Shown here one piece after another: positions 54,401 to 63,233 of a stretch of 64,000 bases of DNA (within the stretch, counting starts at the first letter, position 1; every line of letters begins with the position of its first letter). Where the stretch lies: IMG/VR virus record IMGVR_UViG_3300042090_002405, positions 1 to 64,000 of that record. One strand, written 5' to 3'. The stretch comes from a virus. The position numbers and the translations under genes are program-made. The notes beneath the pieces were generated by a model that did not search any database, was not told where the DNA came from, and saw only the letters and a list, made by a program, of their open reading frames with translations.

Positions 54401-55870
54401 GCGCACCATCGGCGCGTCTGCGATTCCAGCTCCGTAAGTCACGTCGTCCATGAACGATCCCATGGAAACGGTGGCGGAGTTCGTAAAGCTCTTACCACCG
54501 TTTGTGCTGACGGTCAGTGTGATGTCCTGGATGCTGCCGCCAGTGGCAAAATTGGATGCTAAAGTTGCCCAGTTATAGAACCCACCGCCGGCAGCGCTGG
54601 CATTTAGCGTGCCATTCTGGGTTGTCCCGCATACGCCAGTCCCACATGCGTAGTTTTGCGGCCCCGGTGCAGAGATCCCGCACGTTCCGTTAGATATCCC
54701 CGGGCACACTAGACCTTGAGGGCAATCGGCATTTGTGTTGCAACTGAAATTCAAGGATGGAGGCGGGAAACCGGAGCCCAACAACGCAGTTTGCATGTTC
54801 CCGCAAATCGAATTGCATCCACCTGCGAACAGTCCCGATCCGCTACTGAGGCTATCATCGCAGAACTGCTCCGCCGCGGTCCCGTCTTTGCCGTGCGGGC
54901 ATGTCGCATCGGCGGCGGCTTGTGTAGATCCGGTACAGACACAGAAACCGGGGGATGCCGATGTGCATGTCGAAGGGGTACAAGGATCGGTGCCGTCTGG
55001 AGTGCAAAGCATCGTTCCGGGACAATCGGATTGCACGAGACATGTCGGCTCGCCGTAGAGAGATCCGTTTGAGGCACACGTCGGCAGCGTCGGTCCTATG
55101 AGCGGTGCTGCTCCCGCCGGAGGTGGAAACGTTTGGGCCTTCGTCTGTACGTAGCTCGCGATGACAGCAAGGTCGTTGCCGGTATTGCCACTACCCCCCT
55201 TCGTGTTGTTTGCGTACGGGACTGCTGTGATCGTGCCGTTGAACGCAAAATCCCCAAACGCCGCGTTGCTCCCGTGGTCTCCACCAGCACCCCACTTCTG
55301 CGAGCAAGCATTTGCGCCTGCCGTGATTCCGTTGGCAGGACAAGCCCACTGGTAAAAATTTGGGTTGTTGGCCGCTACCGTGCTCGTAGTGGGCCCAGAT
55401 CCGACACTGACCGTAGAGCTCCAGTTCGAGAACGTGGGCCCCGAAGCCGTCAGTGACGCCTCCGAAAAATGCAGTATCTGCGACCCTGAAGCGTTTGGAT
55501 CGCTCACGATCCTCGTCGCGAAGTTATTGACGTACTGCTGACCCCCGCCCTTCATATTCAGGAGCGTTCCGTTGATATCTGCGCCCGAGATGAGCCCCTT
55601 CACGCAACTCGTCGGCGGGGCGCATCCGTTCTGCCCTGCGCCTGTTCCTGGGGGCAGCGTCGGGTCGCACGTAATCCACGAACCGGAGCAGTGGCTGGGG
55701 GTTGTCAGCCACGTATTGCCTGACACCCCCGTGATGAGCGGCCCCGAAGCGCCGAACATCCCCGGCGCGAGCCCCATTCGGTTTCCTGGGCCGGTGTTGC
55801 GACAACACGCCCACACCGCAGCGGCGATGACGAGAAAAGAAGCAGCTAGAGCGGCAATCTTGCGATTCAT
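51467..55870 (-). CDS. Very large Cys-rich secreted/lipoprotein with Asp-box (BNR)
   Basis: MNRKIAALAASFLVIAAAVWAC signal; STNGGKSF Asp-box; CxxxxDC repeats; TGATG-coupled to the upstream gene. Confidence 0.8.
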   Translation of the reverse strand: MNRKIAALAASFLVIAAAVWACCRNTGPGNRMGLAPGMFGASGPLITGVSGNTWLTTPSHCSGSWITCDPTLPPGTGAGQNGCAPPTSCVKGLISGADINGTLLNMKGGGQQYVNNFATRIVSDPNASGSQILHFSEASLTASGPTFSNWSSTVSVGSGPTTSTVAANNPNFYQWACPANGITAGANACSQKWGAGGDHGSNAAFGDFAFNGTITAVPYANNTKGGSGNTGNDLAVIASYVQTKAQTFPPPAGAAPLIGPTLPTCASNGSLYGEPTCLVQSDCPGTMLCTPDGTDPCTPSTCTSASPGFCVCTGSTQAAADATCPHGKDGTAAEQFCDDSLSSGSGLFAGGCNSICGNMQTALLGSGFPPPSLNFSCNTNADCPQGLVCPGISNGTCGISAPGPQNYACGTGVCGTTQNGTLNASAAGGGFYNWATLASNFATGGSIQDITLTVSTNGGKSFTNSATVSMGSFMDDVTYGAGIADAPMVRVDGNTCVIGTSGCNPTPNQPANLEVVWDAANAGQQPIQYQNTGTFSIRNPGLPDPLAGPYLAEVPVDPTGSFHFTPVPPHCLNGVPCNNSYAFPVPDPANCGPIAGVSATKQNGWNEWTSASRDQNGSCQPSFAGYVQSAFGASQSTCVASQKSNATRCCAGVQCIGTATTAIAAASAGKRLPQATINVTSTAGFPAAPASILVNTSPPGIPGEQTVTCTGMTATSFTGCTGGGNGTLALGSAVTTPNTVTGQCGLVQDACLPSGQFAVDGVHQTPIATDADPSVAPINGYNSSRDANRLHFLNLDSCNLGNGTYGNCLPVQQPWQMNMAVRHKPATCGNGTQPCAPRIYLIYVGAQYPVVWNGGAAPSNQLPGNAPFLAPGSISSTRDQVTNVGLVWYLSVSDNPYHGYASDWTTYVLGKDLDTLGNPAYPLVLTSNPNNNSGANGAGSGFVPQVSLQGSLFEGLGPTPRGNGNHWYRVSMAVNPYWAGSVSSLVNGAPGNAPGEFVFVYERPVFTSTCVLGQPGCNQAQYQAAATQYRGLRAVAGQWPAATAGQVADEWASMISPSTTKPVQVLNTNYTAGVAAYGGALVVPTYDTGYGATSGIAEISGNQYGSNIAITQGSGGSNIYAAVTFHQTVRVNFPTDAGTALPTAPFTPGVGQDPIAPDAGYPQCVLAQGYGTAANNVLLNECTGYGYRTQIPTTNNGTPPATGLLGINVDCIIPTGLGFGIGCTYNTTLGYNDCTAGCNGPNGSCANCVDVPPTSSSPAEVCACGSNADCAYNGPTSQCVGGFCSGGASAPFPGAGQASCNYGNQTQDFEYQIVGFGFQVGVAPCTGGSCPHGTTTISSGSQTPAPERVLTYNTTIGDYDFGLVGVGGGKWVTTWADNRNGLDPLQANITGSTCELSTDCPPISGTGGVGACINGLCQTQNVPNVGQSITCVHNADCASNVCTGGTCQTAPGIYPQVFTATFNSSAP

Positions 55871-57525
55871 CACGCGACCTCGGTGTAGCGGTTGACACAT
55901 GAAATGTGCAGCGTGACAGGCACAGCAGTGGCTGGCGCCTGTGAAATTTGAAAGAGCAATGTGCCCGTGAAGGTGCCATCATCGAGTGCCTGGAAAAGCC
56001 AGTTCCCCGTCGCCGGCTGCGCGCCCGCTGTTCCCGTCGTGGTCGTCACAGCGATCTGCCCTGGCGGTCCTGCGACGGGGAAGATGATGGGGCCCGAACC
56101 GGGCCACGAGCACGATACGGTCGTCTCGAAGGTCGCGAAATCGGCGTAGCTTGCGGAGGTGGCTGTGGTGCTCGTGGGGCCGCTCGTGAGTGCTGCGCCA
56201 TTGGCGAATGGAGCGGGGGTTGGCGTGCCGGTAAAAGTCAACGTTCCCACCGCGGCCGACGTCGGCGCGATCGTCGCAGAGTTCGTCCCATCCGTGACGA
56301 CATCCCCGGGCGCGAACGCCGGGCCCGTCACGGCGCCAATGCTGATCTCATTCTGCACCTGCCCCTGCGCGACGACGGATATATCGAGCAGATAGGCCTT
56401 CCCGGCCTGGAGCTGAAACGGCCCCGGGGTCGTCCCCGACGCCAGATTAGAGGCGGCGCCGGTGTTGGTGCCAAGAAACGGCTGATCCGAGAACTGTGCG
56501 TCGCCCGGGACCGAGATGGCCCCGCCCGCGAACGCGCGCTGCGTGCTCCGCGTCGCAACGGCCTGATAGCCAGCCGCTTCTGCCGCGTCTGCGCGCGCCT
56601 GGCACTCGATGCCCCGCGCAAACGCGGCGCCCATGTTGACGGAGATCGCTACGGACTGCCGGCCGAGCGCGACATCGCCCGGCGGAAGCCCTGAAACAGG
56701 GGGTGCGATAGAGCCGGCGATGCAGTTGAAGCCCGCGACGAAGGCGTAAGCCGAGTTGGCTTGACAGGAGCCGAATGCCACGCCCCACGAGCTCAGGACG
56801 GACGCTTGAGGGCCGTACGCGAATCCGCCGATTGCGGTCGGAGCAACAAAGCTGCCGTTGCCGCCTGCAAACGAGTTCTGCCCAGCCGCGATGTTCTGAT
56901 TCCCACCTGGCACATAGGCGCCCATGCCGGCGGCGATGTTTCCGATTCCGCCCCCCACACCCGATGCGTACCCCGTGGCGGAGTTCTTGAGGCCGCCGGC
57001 AACGGTTGCGTACGCGCCGACAGTAGGATCCAAGAAGATCCCGCTCGTAGCTGTCGCGGTAGCCCCCGACAACACCCCTTGGAGGGAATCGCCGCTGCTG
57101 ATGGTCCCGCCGGTCACCCCCGCAAGGGTCAGGACAGATCCGGTATCGCTCGCGACAACCGCACTGGCTCCGGAGGTTAGATCGTTGACCGATTCACCGA
57201 CCTGAAAGGTACCGGTAAGAAGATCGTAGCTGACAGTCGCGGCGCCGGCTTGGTTCTGGTCACCGCCCCCTATCGTCGTGTAGTTCGCCGTTGCGCCGGG
57301 GTTCACCCCCGATGTGTCATTGCCCGCAGAGAAGATCCCCGTGGCGTTCGGGTTGACGGCGCTGTTCGTCCCACCGTTGCTACGGTTAGACTGAATGTCG
57401 ACCGCCCCGGAGACGGTGTTGAAGACGAACGGGAGCAAGCCGATAACCCCCCCGCTGCCTACCGCCGGCGAAATCGGATAGGTGATCGGAGACTTGTTTT
57501 TTAGTCCAGCGACTACGGCAACCAT
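55870..57525 (-). CDS. Fibre/adhesin-like protein with KN(K/R)SPxTY motif
   Basis: GG..N.A.G..S.V YadA-head-like repeats; GGGAG RBS. Confidence 0.8.
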   Translation of the reverse strand: MVAVVAGLKNKSPITYPISPAVGSGGVIGLLPFVFNTVSGAVDIQSNRSNGGTNSAVNPNATGIFSAGNDTSGVNPGATANYTTIGGGDQNQAGAATVSYDLLTGTFQVGESVNDLTSGASAVVASDTGSVLTLAGVTGGTISSGDSLQGVLSGATATATSGIFLDPTVGAYATVAGGLKNSATGYASGVGGGIGNIAAGMGAYVPGGNQNIAAGQNSFAGGNGSFVAPTAIGGFAYGPQASVLSSWGVAFGSCQANSAYAFVAGFNCIAGSIAPPVSGLPPGDVALGRQSVAISVNMGAAFARGIECQARADAAEAAGYQAVATRSTQRAFAGGAISVPGDAQFSDQPFLGTNTGAASNLASGTTPGPFQLQAGKAYLLDISVVAQGQVQNEISIGAVTGPAFAPGDVVTDGTNSATIAPTSAAVGTLTFTGTPTPAPFANGAALTSGPTSTTATSASYADFATFETTVSCSWPGSGPIIFPVAGPPGQIAVTTTTGTAGAQPATGNWLFQALDDGTFTGTLLFQISQAPATAVPVTLHISCVNRYTEVA

Positions 57526-57553
57526 GTCTTATCTCCCTGTCCTATTTCCTATT

Positions 57554-59164
57554 TCAGTTGGCCAGATTGCAGAGACTACCGCCGCCCTCGACCCATAGGC
57601 ACCCCAGCGTGGCGCCCAAGTTGGAGTCGGCGTTAGCGGCGCTCGCAGTGATGTTGCACGTAAGCGTGGGTGATGCGACAGTAGGTACCCCCAGACATGC
57701 TTTGGTCTGACCGTTTAGGGTGATCCCGCCAGTCTCTAGAAACGTTGCGGCGGCCTCGCCAGCTCCGGACGGGTAAGTCACGTGGCCGTTCGATGTAACG
57801 CCTAGGGTCCCTGTGCCCCAAAGGAACGGCCCCAGAGTGGGAAACGAGTCGGAGCTGTTGAGGTTCAGCGAACCGTTTACGGTGAGGGTCGATCCGTCCA
57901 AGTACGCGGTGCCGAGGATCCCGCCGCTGACGTTGATGAGATTCCCGTGGCCCTGCGCGAAAATCACGTCGTTCGTAAATTGTCCATAGTTTGGCGTGAT
58001 GTTGTACGAGTTCCCGGTGCCAAAAAAGCCCGCTGAATAACAAGTGCCAGACGCCTGTAGGCCTGTGACAATAGACGTATTCGAAAGAGGGCCGCCATAC
58101 GACGGCAAGACGCCGCCGAGGATTGCCGAGTTGATGAATCCATTTCCTACGAGAGGGCCGGCGTTGGGCGTTGCCACGTAGACCGGATAGTTGCTCGTAC
58201 TCTCGACGAATTCGGTAGCGGCACCGATAGTAATCCCGGCGAAAACATTCGTCGTCGTCGGCGTACGCACGCCGATGTTGTAAAGAACGAGACCGTTCGC
58301 GAAGGTTGATGTGCTCTCGCCTTGCACTACGGCTCCGGCTGTGGCGATGTTGATTTGCGGCGTCGAGTTGATCGTGACGGTGTCCCCCGTCGTCCATACG
58401 TCTTGCTCTTGCGGATTCTCGCAGTTCTTGAGCTCCGGCGGGGATATTGAGATTGCGCTTGCCGTCTGGCTCATCAGCCACGTCGTGCCAGACACTAGCT
58501 TGTAGAGCCATCCTCTAGAGGCATGCGTTGAGTTGATGACGAGTAGCCCAGGTGAAAGAGAGCCCGCATCGGCACCAGCAAAGGTCACCTCGAGAAGCTG
58601 CGGCGTAGATCGGTTCTTTGCGGCCACGACCGTGATGGTGGTCGTCTGCACCGTAGTAAGGGCCCCTTCGAGAAGAACGCTTGCACCCGATTCGAGGAAG
58701 TACGGCCCCACGTACCATACGTCAGAGTCGCTCGTGTTCGAACTCATCGCCTTGATCGTCGTGTTCTGCCGGATGCGCGGGCTCATCGTGCCCCATCGCG
58801 CAACGATCTGCGTATACGAAAGGCAGGGGCCGTCGGCGATCCCGGGAATCCCCGACGTGCACGTCGACTGTCCGCACGTGACATTACCGTCGCTCGCGCA
58901 TCCGGAGGTATTGCTGGGATCGACGTACCATGCCGCCTGGCTCCAAGAGCTCGGGCACGTAGGTGCCCCGCCATCACCGGGAGCTGTCGAGCACAGAGGG
59001 GGAAAAACAACAGGGGGCGGCAGAGCGTTTGCCGCACCGAACGTCTGGCCATTCGCGCCGGCCGCAGGGGCAGTTTCGATGGCGGTACGTTGGCCGTAGA
59101 TGCTCACCACCAAGGCGAAGACAGCGCACCCCAGAACGAAAAACGAAAACTTCTTCGACATCAT
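57554..59164 (-). CDS. Signal-peptide-bearing beta-rich protein
   Basis: SKKFSFFVLGCAVFALVV; WYVDP...ASDGN...PC motif typical of beta-helix caps; ATGA-coupled. Confidence 0.75.
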   Translation of the reverse strand: MMSKKFSFFVLGCAVFALVVSIYGQRTAIETAPAAGANGQTFGAANALPPPVVFPPLCSTAPGDGGAPTCPSSWSQAAWYVDPSNTSGCASDGNVTCGQSTCTSGIPGIADGPCLSYTQIVARWGTMSPRIRQNTTIKAMSSNTSDSDVWYVGPYFLESGASVLLEGALTTVQTTTITVVAAKNRSTPQLLEVTFAGADAGSLSPGLLVINSTHASRGWLYKLVSGTTWLMSQTASAISISPPELKNCENPQEQDVWTTGDTVTINSTPQINIATAGAVVQGESTSTFANGLVLYNIGVRTPTTTNVFAGITIGAATEFVESTSNYPVYVATPNAGPLVGNGFINSAILGGVLPSYGGPLSNTSIVTGLQASGTCYSAGFFGTGNSYNITPNYGQFTNDVIFAQGHGNLINVSGGILGTAYLDGSTLTVNGSLNLNSSDSFPTLGPFLWGTGTLGVTSNGHVTYPSGAGEAAATFLETGGITLNGQTKACLGVPTVASPTLTCNITASAANADSNLGATLGCLWVEGGGSLCNLAN

Positions 59165-61617
59165 TGCAGTACCCACGCTGTGCCTGTGTAGTAGAGGGTC
59201 GCGCCCCCACCGGCGGGGATAGACGCGAGAGCGCCGGTGCCGGCATCGAGGACGGTCAACGTGTTTCCGGAGTCATCGGTCCGCGTGATCCGTAGTGTCT
59301 GCGCAGCAGGCCCGGAGTCGAGAAGCGTGATTGTCGTGTTCACCGCAAGGGACTTGACGGTGTACCAGTTGCCGCCTTGCGTGTAGCCGGCGGTCGCGCC
59401 CGCACCGGTGATCGACAAAGACACCGCACCGCCCGCGGGATTGTTGATTGCTGCGCCTGGGACAGGCCCTGCGAGGTAGCCGCCCACTACAACCACGACA
59501 ACGTTGGCCGAGTAGCTCCCGCCTTGAGCGATAAAGGTGAGCCACGATTGGCCGTCGAATGTGGCGACGGTGCCCGGCGCTCCTGACAGCGCAGTCGCCT
59601 CTTCGAAACGCGTTCGATAGAACGTGAACTGCGTCGCGACGAGGCTAGGCGAGTCGATCTGGCAATCGTCGTAGGTCTGCGTCGTGGTCGTCGTGATCGC
59701 GACGGTGTCCAAAACAGAGCATCCCGAGACGGCCTGGACGCTCCCACATGACAAGTTGGTCGAGACCCAATTCACGTCATTGGAGAGTCCTAGCTTCCAC
59801 GTGGGTGACGCGCCGGACGTGACGACGAGCTGGGTGTCGTTGTTCTCCACGAGGAGCGCAGAGAAGTTCGTTGCGCCGGAAACGTTCAAGGTGCTGTTGA
59901 GAAGCTCGCCGTCCTTGAGGAGGAGAGCGCTTTGGCACGAGCCCGGACCGTCAGTGACGGTCATCGCCATCTCGTTGATGGCCAGTGCTTCAAAAACGAG
60001 GAGCGCTTGCGAGGGGATAAACGCCGTGACGCCGTTGGCCCAATTGACCGTCAAGCCGGTCATCATCACGGGCCCCGTGAATGTCGGAGCCGCGGGGAAA
60101 TTGGTCGAAGTGATCTGGATCGATCGACATGGAGGAATCGTCCACGTTTGTGGATCTGGGTCCCACACGTCCGCCGCGGTAGGGGCTATCGATCCGACCT
60201 CGAACGTGGCCGCATCGTCAGCACTCGTCGGATCCCCTAGCGTCGCAAGCCACGCTTCGGGACTAGAGTACGGGGCGCTCTCGGTGCCGTTCTGAAAAGC
60301 CGCCGGCACGAGGGTATTGCCGTCGATCCAACGAAATCGCGCAAGAGGGACCGCGCCGCCGCCATCCGAAGACTGCCCAAAGATCTGAAGAACCCAATGG
60401 CCGCTTTCAAAATATACTACGACGCTCCCAGGCCCCGTCAGGGTGATAATCGTACCGCTGCCAGCATCTAGGATTTGGAGCTCAGCGCCCTCCGTATTGT
60501 CGGTGCGCGTAAAGCAGATCGTGTCTCCTGGATCGGCGGTGTCCGCCACCGTGATGGTGGTAACGCCCTCCGCAAGGGTTGGGATGGTGTACCAGTTGCC
60601 GCCCTGTTCGTATCCCGACGAAGCACCGGTGCCGATGATCGAAACGGTCACCGATTCCGTAATATTCGCGCCGGGTACTTGCCCCGCGAGAAAGCCGCCC
60701 GTGACAGCGACGATCGTAGAGCCGTACGTGCAATCCGCGTCTTGAAACGCCTTCCACGAGATGCCGTCGAACTCCGCGGTGGGCGCGGAGAGTACGCACG
60801 CTTGTGACCAACTCGTCTGGTTGAAAAAGCACTGCGCCCCCGCCGTTAGACCGGGCGCGCCGATAGACGCTCTCGTGTAGTTCTGGTTGCCGCTCGTCGT
60901 GATCGTACCGCTGTCAGAGACGATCGAATCCTCTGCCTGCAACCCCGCGCAGGTTAGGTTCGTAGAGCTCCATTGACTCCCCTCTTGAAGCGTGAGCGAC
61001 CACGTCGGAGTAGCGCTGGACGTTACTTGCAGCTGCGCTTGGGTGCCGCTGATGTCGAGAATCTCGAAAAGAGCCGCTCCTGTCACGTCGAGCGTGCCTT
61101 GCAGGTTGCTGCTACCGAAGATCAACGCAGATGGGGCGGATCCAGCCGCGTCCGTGATCGTCATCGTGAGGCCGGAAATGTTGGCGTTCTCGACGATGAA
61201 CGTGGCGATCGTGGGCACGAACGCCGCCGGGGCGTTGTTCCAATTGATTGTCAGTGGTGCGAACGACGGCGCCACCATGTTGAACGCCATGAGGATGACG
61301 TTTCGGCTACTGGGTACAGTCCACGTTTGCGGATTCGGACTCCACGCATCCGCTGCAGCCGGGGAGATGACGCCTAGCTCGGCTGTCGATGCGTCGTCGG
61401 TGCTCGTCGGTGCGCCCAGCGTGTTGAGCCATGCCTCGGGGCTTTGGTACGGCGTCCCGGGTGCGCCGTTCTGCATCGCAGGCGCGACGGTCGTGTACGC
61501 GTCGATCCATCGTAGCCGCTTCAGCGGAACGTCCGAGAAGGGACCGGAGCCGCCCATGCCCAGCGACCTCTCGTAGGTGAGAGGCGATCGATTCTTGATG
61601 CCGAGAATAGAGCCCAT
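59161..61617 (-). CDS. Spike-like protein with two tandem repeats of about 400 aa and KN(K/R)SPxTY motif
   Basis: VPLKRLRWID...YEQGGNWY...WVLQ and VPLARFRWID...YTQGGNWY...WVLQ. Confidence 0.85.
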   Translation of the reverse strand: MGSILGIKNRSPLTYERSLGMGGSGPFSDVPLKRLRWIDAYTTVAPAMQNGAPGTPYQSPEAWLNTLGAPTSTDDASTAELGVISPAAADAWSPNPQTWTVPSSRNVILMAFNMVAPSFAPLTINWNNAPAAFVPTIATFIVENANISGLTMTITDAAGSAPSALIFGSSNLQGTLDVTGAALFEILDISGTQAQLQVTSSATPTWSLTLQEGSQWSSTNLTCAGLQAEDSIVSDSGTITTSGNQNYTRASIGAPGLTAGAQCFFNQTSWSQACVLSAPTAEFDGISWKAFQDADCTYGSTIVAVTGGFLAGQVPGANITESVTVSIIGTGASSGYEQGGNWYTIPTLAEGVTTITVADTADPGDTICFTRTDNTEGAELQILDAGSGTIITLTGPGSVVVYFESGHWVLQIFGQSSDGGGAVPLARFRWIDGNTLVPAAFQNGTESAPYSSPEAWLATLGDPTSADDAATFEVGSIAPTAADVWDPDPQTWTIPPCRSIQITSTNFPAAPTFTGPVMMTGLTVNWANGVTAFIPSQALLVFEALAINEMAMTVTDGPGSCQSALLLKDGELLNSTLNVSGATNFSALLVENNDTQLVVTSGASPTWKLGLSNDVNWVSTNLSCGSVQAVSGCSVLDTVAITTTTTQTYDDCQIDSPSLVATQFTFYRTRFEEATALSGAPGTVATFDGQSWLTFIAQGGSYSANVVVVVVGGYLAGPVPGAAINNPAGGAVSLSITGAGATAGYTQGGNWYTVKSLAVNTTITLLDSGPAAQTLRITRTDDSGNTLTVLDAGTGALASIPAGGGATLYYTGTAWVLQ

Positions 61618-61644
61618 GGATCCCTCGTTCGCCCGCGCTTGGCC

Positions 61645-62148
61645 TCAGACGCTCACGACTTCGACGGTAAGGCGCGCCGACGGCGAAACGGAAGGCGGTT
61701 TACCCAAAACCGTCGCGCTCGTCGCTCCGTCCTGACAAATCGCGTCGAGTTGCACCGTGTAACTACCTGTCGAGGTCACCGGCACTTCGAAGACACGCGT
61801 GACGGTCTGGCTCGGCATGATAATCGTCGAGTTTTCAACACCGTCCTGAATAACCGGAGGTCCGGGGGGTTGAGATATGAATATGCCCGTGAAGATCGTC
61901 CCATTTCCAGCGATGGAGGTGTAATTGACCGTCGCATGGACGATGATCTTCTGCCCTGCGGCCGCAAGGATCCCAGTGATCGTCACGAGGGGCGTATCGA
62001 CGGAGTCGCTAACCGTGATCGTGTCCGCCCCGTTGTCCCCGTAGTACGTCGCGACGAGTCCCGGCGGTACCGCCATCCCCGAGCCCACGGCGGGAGATTG
62101 CTCATAGGTGCTCGGGGAGCGATTTTTGGTGCCTGTCAGGTAGCCCAT
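61645..62148 (-). CDS. Small beta-sandwich protein with KN(K/R)SPxTY motif
   Basis: AAGGA RBS before MGYLTGTKNRSPSTY; GSYTVQL...LTVEVV. Confidence 0.75.
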   Translation of the reverse strand: MGYLTGTKNRSPSTYEQSPAVGSGMAVPPGLVATYYGDNGADTITVSDSVDTPLVTITGILAAAGQKIIVHATVNYTSIAGNGTIFTGIFISQPPGPPVIQDGVENSTIIMPSQTVTRVFEVPVTSTGSYTVQLDAICQDGATSATVLGKPPSVSPSARLTVEVVSV

Positions 62149-62279
62149 CGAAGATCCTTTTTCTTTCTTGCCGTGATCCACTGCACGAAGCCGTGTCGTG
62201 GCAGATCACGGTTTGAGAGTCAGGATCTCGACGTCGTCACGTTTTGCTTGCTGCCGATCGACTTTTGAAAAACTCGCGT

Positions 62280-62756
62280 TTATCCCGGGTACGTAAGAAC
62301 GACTCCAACGTCCGTGACATCTGCTCCCGCAACGGTCCCGGGGTTGTTGGAGATCGGGCTCAAGAGACTTGCGCCTAGTGGGAAAGTCAGCACGGTGACG
62401 TTGTACGGAGAGCCGTTCGGCAACGGGTCAGAAAACGTGAACGGGCCGTTTGCAGTGAGTGTGAGATCGTCTCCGCCGTTGATCTGCAAAACGAGCGGAC
62501 CTGTCCCGGTGTCGTATCCCGACAACGTGCCCCCCACGGTGAACAGGTCAGCCGCCACTACGGAGGCGCGTAGCGAGATCGCTTGGTCTTTCGGCCGCGA
62601 TGCGTTCGACCATCCACTGTACTCCGTGTCGTAAACCGAGCCTGTGGCGACGAAGTTCGCGAATTCGCGGTACACTGCCTCGTCCATGAGCTGGCGCGAG
62701 CAGCCGTTTTCGCTAGCGCCTCCCTTCGCGCGAAGCGTGGTCAACTTCCTTCTCAT
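62280..62756 (-). CDS. Putative structural protein with Ig-like C-terminal domain
   Basis: TVGGTLSG...LVLQINGGDDLTLTANGPFTF...YNVTV; GAGGAG RBS. Confidence 0.7.
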   Translation of the reverse strand: MRRKLTTLRAKGGASENGCSRQLMDEAVYREFANFVATGSVYDTEYSGWSNASRPKDQAISLRASVVAADLFTVGGTLSGYDTGTGPLVLQINGGDDLTLTANGPFTFSDPLPNGSPYNVTVLTFPLGASLLSPISNNPGTVAGADVTDVGVVLTYPG

Positions 62757-63043
62757 GACACTTTCTCCTCTTCGCCCGGGTCTCCGAGCAGCTTGAGCAA
62801 AACCGCATCTGCTAGCAGCGCAAGAAAGCTCGTCGCCGCCCCTACGACCGCTGCGTCCCCTATGCGGCCGAATCCTACGGTGACAATCCCGCTCGCCCCC
62901 GCCGCTGCCCCAACCCATGTACCGGTGCACTGACTGCACTCGAAGAGGGCCGGGAAAAGCCGTCGGATCGGACGCGCGATCGTGCTGCGCACGACGAGGA
63001 GCGTCGCGCCGATCAGCGCGGAGAGGAGGAGGATCGAGGTCAT
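62753..63043 (-). CDS. Membrane protein, DUF1360-like
   Basis: TM helices around CSQCTGTW. Confidence 0.7.
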   Translation of the reverse strand: MTSILLLSALIGATLLVVRSTIARPIRRLFPALFECSQCTGTWVGAAAGASGIVTVGFGRIGDAAVVGAATSFLALLADAVLLKLLGDPGEEEKVS

Positions 63044-63228
63044 CGGCGTGCGGAGAGCACCTCGAGAAGATGCGCAGCTACAGCGGGGCGGAGTTTGATG
63101 ATGCCGACCGAACCGGCTTCGGCATCGTCGTCGGTGAGCTCGACAGAACCGTCCTCGAAGAGGCGTATTTTCGGACAGCGCTTGTAGCCACAGCACATTG
63201 TCTCTCCGTGGATGACTTTCGGGTTCAT
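63040..63228 (-). CDS. Small Cys-containing protein
   Basis: AAGGAGAAGGT RBS; CCGYKRCP. Confidence 0.6.
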   Translation of the reverse strand: MNPKVIHGETMCCGYKRCPKIRLFEDGSVELTDDDAEAGSVGIIKLRPAVAAHLLEVLSARR

Positions 63229-63233
63229 CGCTT

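Noticed and set aside
62171-62211. Hairpin ccgtgatc...gatcacgg in the intergenic region
   Set aside because: Short stem with no recognisable RNA family; insufficient to call an ncRNA or terminator.
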